Under the pieces are notes generated by a model that did no database searches, was not told where the DNA came from, and was given only the letters and a program-made list of their open reading frames with translations. The translations under genes were made by a program, and so were the position numbers. Below are positions 54,664 to 64,000 of a stretch of 64,000 nt of DNA, piece by piece. This DNA is from the human T2T-CHM13v2.0 reference genome, Homo sapiens: assembly GCF_009914755.1 (NCBI RefSeq), contig NC_060926.1, one strand, 5' to 3'. How positions within the stretch are numbered: position 1 is the first letter of the stretch; each line of letters opens with the position of its first letter.

Positions 54664-54958
54664 GGCCAGGCGCGGTGGCTCACGCCTGTAATCCCAGCAC
54701 TTCGGGAGGCCGAGGCGGGCAGATCATGAGGTGAAGAGATCGAGACCATCCTGACCAAAATGGTGAAACTCTGTCTCTACTAAAAATACAAAAATTAGCT
54801 GGGTGTGGTGGTGTGTGCCAGTGGTCCCAGCTACTAGGGAGGCTGAGGCAGGAAATCACTTGAACCTGGGAGGCAGAGGTTGCAGTGAGCCAAGATCGCG
54901 CCACTGAATTCCAGCCTGGCGGCAGAGTGAGACTCCATCTCAAGAGAAAAAAAAAAAA
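54664..54958 (+). mobile_element. Alu, AluSc-like
   Basis: ggccaggcgcggtggctcacgcc...gaagagatcgagaccatcctgacc...poly(A). Confidence 0.96.
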
Positions 54959-55992
54959 CAACTTAAAATAATGAAAGTTAATGGAATTGTATGTATGAAA
55001 TTCTATGTTAAATCCTGTAGCAGTTCTTTAATCATCTGGAATCTTAAGGAAAACCCACTGGTGGCTGCAATAAAGGAAAAACATGTAACCTCAACAATTT
55101 TATTGGTTTAGATAGGAAATAAAACAATTCATCTGTTTGCTAATTTTTGCTGCTGTCAAAAATAACAGATAGCTAATATTATTATCACTGTTATGTCATT
55201 TGTTTATCTAGTTTCAGTATTGAGCTTCTTGAGAACAAATACCTTTTTATTTGTTCATGTGACTCCTACATCAAGTGGACAATAGGTGCTCAATGAAACA
55301 TTCCTTAAGAAAAAGATCACATTGAAAAGTTACAAAAAATAGAGCAAGTTTTTATTTTTATTTTTTAAACTGTAGTTCTCTAGAAAGGAAAGCTAATGTG
55401 CTAAGCTACTAGATATCATAATACCTTTTGTGAATTTTGTGCACATTATGGAACATTTCATCAGAAAAAAGATGCTTAGCAATATAAGACAATATTTTGT
55501 GCACAATAAGACATTTTATATAGCTCAAATTGATTTTGAATTTTATTTTATATGAACTTCTGATGAATGAATAAATAAAATTTACATATTTCAAGTGTTT
55601 TTTAACCATGATTGCTTGCAGATTCTTTTCTCTATGACTGAGAAGATTAAAGTTGATATTTGTTGAATATCTTCTACACATAATTTATAATAACCTTTTA
55701 CCACCTACATAAAGCAGTAAACTCAGTTATTCTTCTTTCCTGCCTTACCCATAGAAATAAATTTCCTTAAGGTCCTTTGAAATGTTTCAGAGTCAGAGTT
55801 CATTCTAAATATTGGCCTTCTTATAGATTTGTGCCATTTGTTTTATATTCTTTGATCCCTATCCAAATTTGTTAAATTAGTATTTAAAATATAAGTTTGC
55901 CAGCTTAAAAGCATAGACCCCATTTCTTTTTGATCATAACTGTCTGTAATTGATTGTTCTCCTTGGATATAGCGTATCAACTATTTTCTCTT

Positions 55993-56047
55993 GTTGTGCG
56001 CATGTACCCTAAAACTTAAAGTATAATAAAAAAAATAAATAAAAAAA
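55993..56047 (+). mobile_element. Very short young L1PA 3' tip
   Basis: gttgtgcgcatgtaccctaaaacttaaagtataataaaaaaa equals the terminal L1PA/L1HS sequence plus A tail. Confidence 0.85.
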
Positions 56048-56833
56048 GATTGAAAATAATTTCTTGAAGCCTAAGCAGTGGTTCACAATCATTAATGTAC
56101 ATAAAAATCATACAGGATGCCTTTTAAAAGCTATTATCAATTGGGGCTGGAGCTCAGGAAATCTATATTTATCAAGTATACCAAGTGATTCTGCTGCAGG
56201 TAGAGGAAGTCTTGGCTTTGAGAAGTTCCCAGATACCTCCCAACTATAAGTTGGCATCACCTTCATGTGCTGAAAAAGGACGTTTCCTCAAAATTTTGTT
56301 ATACCTGCACTATCTTAACTATGAGGTTTTATCAGTGCTAATTATAATGATGACTATATTTATAACACTGATATTATATGTATGCAGAATTTTTGATATG
56401 CCATCTTATGTAATTCTCATTTTAAATAGTTTAGCATAGAGTGTTAAAATGGGAAATAAGTTATGGCCTATCTCATACAACTCTCCTCCTATTTTAAAAA
56501 ACCAAGACCAGAGATGTTGAAGTAAGTTTCCCAAAGTTACAAAGCTAAGTAGTCAGTAGAATCAGGACTAAAATCTAAGACTCATAATTCTTATTGCTAC
56601 ATTTATCTCATCATGCTATATTACTCCCATAACTGTGGCCTCCTCTAGAGTTCATCTGCTCTTATTGGGGACTTTATCTGTTCATTGTATTTTATCTTTT
56701 TAGTACTTCTTTGAAATTGAGATTTTGAAAGATGAAACCTTTTTTAGTAAGGCACAAGACTGGAATTCACTACTTTATTAACAGTATCATGTTGTATTAA
56801 TAGTCCTCCTTCTTCCATGGTGACAGTGAGGAC

Positions 56834-56898
56834 CATTCAACCCTGCCAAATTAGAATGCTGAATGACAACATTTAACCCTGCCAAATTAGAATGCTGA
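56834..56898 (+). repeat. Tandem duplication, period 36
   Basis: aaccctgccaaattagaatgctga occurs identically at 56839-56862 and 56875-56898. Confidence 0.92.
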
Positions 56899-57245
56899 GC
56901 TTCTATACTTACCAGGCAATAAGGGGGCAGTGCATTTCCACCCTCACTCTCCTACTGGAATTGCATCTGATGAAGCCACCTAAAGCAGAAAATTTAAATA
57001 ATTTCCAGTATTTCATAAAATGAAAATCACTCTTCATACCAAGAGACAGGTTTCTTAAACTAAAAAGGAAATGACAGTCAGTAGTTACCAACACATAGAT
57101 GTCAGAGATATTATAATTATAGGACAAAGGTTTTAGAACAGCCATCATATAACACAATAAAATGAGCAGTTACAAACACACATGAAACAGATGAGAATGT
57201 AGAAAGTCTTATCAAACAGAAAATCTAAGCAAAGAAACAGAAGAT

Positions 57246-57391
57246 ATAGCATTAGGAGATATACCTAATGCTAAATGACGAGTTAATGGGTGCAGCACAA
57301 CAATATGGCACATGTATACATATGTAACAAACGTGCATGTTGTGCATAAGTACCCTAAAACTTAAAGTATTATAATAATAATAATAATAAT
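57246..57391 (+). mobile_element. Young L1PA (PA2-PA5-like) 3' fragment inside the old L1
   Basis: atagcattaggagatatacctaatgctaaatgacgagttaatgggtgcagcac...ccctaaaacttaaagta, then a (TAA)n tail. Confidence 0.93.
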
Positions 57392-60161
57392 ACTAAAAGA
57401 ATACTGAAAAATAAAGTAATGACATGAAAGACTTAGTGTATGGACTCAACAGCAGAATAGAGAGGTCAAAGGAAAAGAATCAATGACCTGGAAGACTGAC
57501 AAATAGAAAATACCCAATCTGAACAAGACAAAGATTATAGACTCAATAAACCAACAAAACAGAACCTCATGGACTGTGGGACCGTAACAAAATATCTAAC
57601 ATTTGTGTGTCATCTGAGTCCTGGAAAAAGAGAATAAGCACCCTTAAAAAACACTCCAAGAATATTAGTTGAAAACTTTCCCGATTTGACAAAGGACATC
57701 AACCTATAGATTTAAAATACTGAGTGATCTCCAAACAGGATTAATCCAAGTAACTCCATACCAAGACACATCATATTCAAGCTTCTGAAAACTAAAGACA
57801 AAAGAAAAATCTTGAAAGCAGCATGAGATAAGCAAGTACTTACCTATAGCAGAGAATGTGAATGGCAGTGTATTTCTCACCAGAAACCATGAAGGCAAGA
57901 AGGAAGTTGCATAATACTTTTTGAGTAATGGAAAAAACAAAAGCCTGTCAAATGATCCTATATCCAGAAACATATTCTTCAGAAATTGGAAAGAAATTTT
58001 AAAAAATTATTAGATGAATGAAAATTAAGATTGTTTGCCACTACTAGATATCCTAAATGAATGTCTAAAGGAAGTTCTCTAAATGGAAAGGAAACAATAC
58101 AAAATGGGAACTTGGAGTATAAGGAAGGAAAAAAAAAACAAGATGAGCAAACATATGAGTAAATCTTTAGTTTTCTAAATTGTGTTTGATAGTAGAAGAA
58201 AAAATACTTTCTGATGTGATTTTAAATCTGATGTGATTTCATATATGGACATGAAATATGTAAGCCAATTATATTAAACTAGGAAAGTTAAGAGGATGTA
58301 AAAAGGGAGGTGAGGTTTCTACACCTCACATGAACTGGAAAAATAATAGCGCTGGGTAACTATGATAAGTTATATAGATAAAATGTGAATCCAATAACAA
58401 CCATTAACACGTTGTATAATGAGATACACTTAAAAGCACTATAGAGAAATTAAAATGTTATCGTTTTAAAAGCCCATAGAGATGCAATGAAAAGAAAACA
58501 GAGAAAGAAAAAAGATAGGTAACAGAAAAGAAAAAGATTAAATAATGTACTTAAGCCCTAACATATCAAAAATCACATTAAATGTAAATGGTCTAACTAC
58601 ACCAGTTAAAATATGTTGTTAAGGTGGATTACAAAACATAATCCAGATACATATCATCTACAAGATGTTCATTGCAAACATAATGGTATAGGTGATATAG
58701 GCAGGCTAAAAATGAAAGAATGAAAAGAGAGTTTTCATGCAACCATTATTCAGAGAAAGCAGTAGTAACTATATTTACATCAGATAAAGTAGACCTCAAG
58801 GCAAAGAAAATTACCAGAGACAGAGGAGGGGCATATAGTGATAAAAGGGACCAGTTCCCAAGAAGATATGGTAATCCTAACTGTGTATTACCAAAAAATA
58901 GAGCTGCAAAATGAGAAACAAAAACAGATAGAACTAAAAGAGTAAATAGACAAATACGCAATTATAGTCGAAATTTTACTGGCACTTTCCCTCAAATTTA
59001 TAGAATAATTAGAAAATCATCAAGGATATAGAATTACTCAACATCATCAACCAGTGGGATCTAATGAGCAGTTACAGAGAACCTCACCCAACAACAACAG
59101 AATGTACATTATTTTCAAGTGTTTGAGGAAGATGTACCAAATTAAGTCACATCCTGGACCATAAAATAAATCTTGAAAATTTAAAAGAATTAAAATTATT
59201 TAACGTTTCTCTGACTATAAGGAAATCAATCTAAAGATCAGTAACAGAAAGCCAGAAAATCTTTAAAAGCTAGGAAATGAAACATCATATTCATAAATAT
59301 TCCATACATTAAATAGCGATTCACAAATGAATTTTTAATTTTGCGAATTGAATAAAAATGAAGTAGAGCGTATCAACATTTGTGTGATATAACTAAAGCA
59401 GTGCTAAGAAAGAAATCTGTAACTAATTTAATACATTAGGAAAGAGGAAAGTCTCAAATGAATAATCTATGTTCCCATCTCAAATACACAGAACAACAAA
59501 AATATCAAAATAAACCTCAAAGTAAGCAGACGGAAGATAAGATTAATAAGAGAAGAAATTGGTGAAGTGGAAAATACAGAAAATCAATGAAGCAAAGACC
59601 TGATTCTTTAAAAGATTATAAAAGTCACAAATTGTATTAATTTGGCAAAGAACAAAAGAGGGAGAAGACACAAGTTACCAATATTTAGAATGAAAACCAA
59701 CAGATTTCACTACAGACTCTCTGAATATCAAAAGAATAAGAGGATCCTATAAAGAACTTTACACACACAAATTCAAAAATACAAATAAATTGGATCAATT
59801 ATTTAGGAACAATATTACCACAAATCACTCATTATTAAATAGATTATTTTAATAGCCTGATAACTATAAAGGAAATTAAATTTATAAATTAAAAGTTATT
59901 AAAAGATAAATCTCCAGGTGTAGATGGTTTCACTGGAGAATTCTATAAAATGTTTAAACAGGAATTAATGCTATTCTATACAATCCATTCCAGTGAAAAA
60001 TAAGAGGGACAGAAACACTTTCTACTTCATTTTGTGAAACTAGTATTTCTCTGATACCAAAACCAGACTTAGACAATGAAAAAAAAAAAAACACTAGAGA
60101 TCTGAATTCCTCAGGAACATAAATGTAAAAATTCCTAAGGAAATATAACCCAGTAATGCAT

Positions 60162-60599
60162 TATATTAGTCAGGGTTCTCTAGATGGATAGAGCTAATAT
60201 ATATATTGGAAGTTTATTAAGGAGTATTAAACTCACACAATCACAAGGTCCCACAATAGGCCCATCTGCAAGCTGAGGAGCAAGGAAGCCAGTCATAGTC
60301 CCAAAGCTGAAAAACTTGAAGTCCAATCTTCAAGGGCAGGAAGCATCCAGCACAGGAGAAAGATGTAGTCTGGGAGGTTAAGCCAGTCTAGCCTTTTCAT
60401 GTTTTTCTGCCTGCTTTATATTCTGGCTGCACCAGCAGCTGATTAAATGGTGCCCATCCAGATTAAAGGTGGGTCTGCCTTTTCCAGCCCACTGACTCAA
60501 ATGTTAATCTCCTTTGGCAACACCCTCACAGACACACACAGGATCAATACTTTGCATCCTTCAATCCAATAAAGTTGACGCTCAGTAATAACCATCACA
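60162..60599 (-). mobile_element. MLT2A (HERV-L) solo LTR inside the old L1
   Basis: tatattagtcagggttctctaga...caatccaataaagttgacgctcagtaataaccatcaca; perfect TSD TGCAT. Confidence 0.93.
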
Positions 60600-60819
60600 T
60601 GCATTAAAAGAATTATATGCAAAGGTTAAGAGTAGTTTGTCCCAAGGATGCACATTTTGCTCAACATTCAAAAATCCAATGATATAATCAACCACATGGA
60701 AAATCTAAAGAAGAAACGTGATAATACCAGTCAGTGCTTTAAAAATAACTTTAAAAGAGAATGAACACACACTCATTGTTTAAAACTCTCAGAAAAATAG
60801 GAATGGAAAGAACTTCCTC

Positions 60820-62063
60820 AATTTGATAAAGAGCATCTAAGCAAAATACAGATATTTTACTTTATGGTAAAAAAAAGTATGCTTTCCTCCTAAGACATGG
60901 AACTAAGCAAAACTTTTCACTCTCTTGGCTCATATGAAACACAGCCATAGAAGCTCTAGCCATTGCAGCAAGACAAAAAAGCATATAATAAATTTGCAGA
61001 TTGTAAATAAAGAAATAAAACTGTGCTTATATGCAGATGGCATGATTGTCTAAGTAGAAAATTTTGAGTCTAAAACAATTTCTGGATTTAATAAATGAGT
61101 TTAGCCAGGTGGCAGAATACATAATTAACATACATGGATCAATTGTATTGCTGTATACTAGTAGTGAACATATGGATACAGAAATTTACAATTGCTAAAA
61201 GAAGTGGAATACATAGGTATAAGTCTAAACTAAGAAGTGAAATTTGTATGCTGAAAATTCATGTGCAACAAATTGCTGACAAAAGAAATGATAGAATCTA
61301 CAAATAAATGGAGAGATACTATTTTCAGTTCTTCATACTGATGTATAGATTTAACACAATTCCTGTCAAAATTATAGCAAGGTTGTTTGTAGATATAGAC
61401 AAGACAAGATTATTCTAAACTTTATATGGAAAAGCAGAGGAACTGGAATCACTAAAACAATTTCAAAAAAAGAGCAGTGAAGTGAAAGTAATTCATCTAC
61501 CCTGTTTCAAGACTTATTAGATACCTTTACTAATGAAGACTTTAGTTTTGGTGGAGGGAAAGACAATAGGTCAATGGAAGAGTGAACATATAAATTAACA
61601 CACAGAAATATGCCCAGCTAATGTTTGTCAATGCTGCAAAAGCAGTGCAATAGGGGAAAGAAGGTTTTGTTTTGTTTTGTTTTGTTTTGTTTTGTTTTGT
61701 TTTATTTTGTTTTCAGACAGTGCTGGTGCAATTGGACTTTCATAGGCAAATAAAATGCACCTTGACCTAAACCTCACACTCTATCTAAAAATTAACTGAA
61801 AATTCATCATGGACTTAGATATAAAAATACAACTATAAAACATTTAGAAAAAAAACACATGGGAAATCTTCAGGATGTAGGGCTAGGAAAAGAGTTCTTA
61901 GAATTGACATCCATAGCAGGATTTAAAATGGGGGAAAATGATATACTGAACTTTTGAAAACATTTTTCTATGTATAAGTGCTTTGTTCCATGTCTTAGGA
62001 AAGCATTCTTTTTTATCATAAAGTAAAATATCTGTATTTTGTTTAGATGCTCCTTATCAAATT
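60820..62063. repeat. Inverted duplication, arms at 60820-60909 and 61979-62063
   Basis: Reverse complement of the second arm aligns to the first with 5 substitutions and 2 small indels (manual alignment). Confidence 0.9.
61664..61713. repeat. (GTTTT)n simple repeat
   Basis: About ten pentamer units. Confidence 0.93.
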
Positions 62064-64000
62064 AGGGATGAAAAGACGGGGAGAAAGTATTAGCAAACCA
62101 CATATCAGACAAATAACTAGTAAAAAATCATTCAACACTCAACAATATGAAAACAATGAAATTAGAACATGAACAAAAGACAACAAGATGCATTTCATTG
62201 AAGAGGATATACAGATGGAAAGTAAGCACGTGAAAAGATGTCAAACATTGGTGTCCATTAGGGAAATGCAAATTAAAATCAAAATAAGATATTACTACAG
62301 AATTATCAGACAGGCTACAATAAAATCACCAAATGCTGGTAAGAATGGGGAAAAAGTACATCATTCACACATAGCTGATGGAGATATAAAATGGTATGGC
62401 CATTCAGGAAAAACAGTTTGGCAGTTTTATAAGAAACTGAACATGCAGCTGTCCTATGAAATACTTGGACATTTATTCCAGAGAAATCAAAACTTAAAAT
62501 GTTCACACAAAAACCTATACACAAATATTTATAGAAGCTTATTCATAATAGCCGAAAACTACAATCCATCCAGAAAATGTGTGAAGGGACATTACTTAGC
62601 AATAAAAAGGCATGAACTATTAGACACACAACAATGTGGATGACTCTCCAGAGATTAAGGAATGCAAAAAGTCTATCTCAAAAGCCTGTGTACTCTATGA
62701 TTCCATTTCTATAACATTCTTAAAATAGCAAAATTAAGGAAATGGAGAACAATTAGTGATTGCCAGAGGTTAAGGAGATGGTGAGGGCAGGCTAGAAGAG
62801 GATGTGCTTATAAAACAGCAAGATGAAGGACTCTTGTCGTAATCAAATTATTCTGTATTCTGACTATATTATGAATATCCTGATTGCAATTGGTACTATA
62901 GTTTTGCAATATATTATCATTAGAATAACCTGGACAAAGGATACACAAGATCTCTCTGTATTACTTCTCACAGCTGAGTGTAAATCTAAATTATCTGAAA
63001 ATAAAGTTTACTTTAAATATCTGAAAAATAAAGTATGGCCTATTTGGACCAAACCTTTTGTCTTATTTTAAGTAAATGCAGGCCAAAAAGAATTAGTTTC
63101 TTTCCTAGAGTGACAAGCTAGATAGAAACAGAATTTGAACTTAGAGGAAGGCTTACCTTAGCATACTACAAAACTAGAACAGAGAATTTATTGTGATATG
63201 GTTGATTTTTATTATAAATTAAATATAATTGCTGTCAACTGTTTAACCATTATTTTGATTTTCTTTATTTTTCACAATTTCATTTCCAAATGTTAATAAA
63301 TATACCTTATTTGCTGAATGCTGCTTTTAATATAAAGAGTAGCCCCAATAAACAAATGAAATTATCACACACACATTTTTTAATGATGTGAAAGGAACTG
63401 TAAAATAAGGCAAAGTTTAAAACTTCATTTTTACATCTTAATTAATTCTCCGTAAAAAGGGTTCATTGTCAAAAGAATCATACATTATTAGTACTAGAAG
63501 GAATCACTGCATCCAGTCGTTTTACAAGGTCTGTCTGTGAGAAGGTGTTTACTGCATATTCTTATTATAGCCATATTTCACGTTTGCTTTGTGTTAATAA
63601 TTTTTGAATCACATTTATCAAAATAAAAAATTAATGTTTTTTTTATTTCATTACATGATTGAGGGAGAGCTAATTTCTTAGATTAGCCATCCAACTTAAT
63701 GTAATTAGTTTAAAATTAGAATCTGGAAGCTTATTGTTGCTGAGTATTTCCTGCCAATACCAATTTTCATGTCTCCATTTCATGAAATACTATAATTTAC
63801 ATATCAAGTCCCTGAGTTTAAAAACTCTGAAGAATTGGCTTATTATGACAACAAGCAGGAGTGACCAGCTGTAAACTAGAAAACTAATTTTTTAGTTAAT
63901 TTGTCTGAGGTTCTTTTGTATGTGATTTTTTAAGACAAACTTTCTTTTATTTGAACAAATTTATGGAGTAGATGTGAAACATTGTTACATGGATATAATA

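Larger units (their letters stand above)
57020..63012 (+). mobile_element. Long decayed L1 (L1MC1/2-like): ORF1 remnant, ORF2 remnant and 3' UTR
   Basis: Endonuclease start cattaaatgtaaatggtctaa near 58576; ccaggtgtagatggtttcactggagaattcta near 59914; 3' end gatctctctgtattacttctcacagctgagtgtaaatctaaattatctgaaaataaagttt. Confidence 0.9.

Noticed and set aside
58210-58239. 13-bp repeat tctgatgtgattt, period 17
   Set aside because: Trivial slippage duplication inside a dead L1.
62188-62643. Longest ORF in the track (151 aa)
   Set aside because: It is a decayed L1 ORF2 C-terminal remnant (HFIEEDIQM...SIREMQIK) open by chance.

Overview
AT-rich, repeat-dense primate genomic DNA, very probably human. 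The window lies inside the + strand gene GULP1 (CED-6 homologue, engulfment adaptor). Three phase-0 coding exons of its PTB domain are readable at 35591-35662, 41931-42029 and 54017-54154; everything else is intron. The introns contain Alus, L1 and L2 fragments, MIRs, MaLR/ERVL/ERV1 solo LTRs and MER DNA transposons, several nested with clean target-site duplications (TSDs). Almost all ORFs in the supplied track are spurious or repeat-derived. I find no support for a new multi-gene system, CRISPR array or RNA gene. The most interesting details are: a read-through of the last exon's donor giving a truncated isoform with a hydrophobic tail; a ~90 bp local inverted duplication inside an old L1; a ~1.3 kb inverted L1 pair around an AT-rich spacer; a three-level transposon nest; and two short young L1 3' tips with no visible TSD. 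Gene and repeat names come from recalled sequences, not database searches. Boundaries not anchored by a TSD or splice site are approximate.
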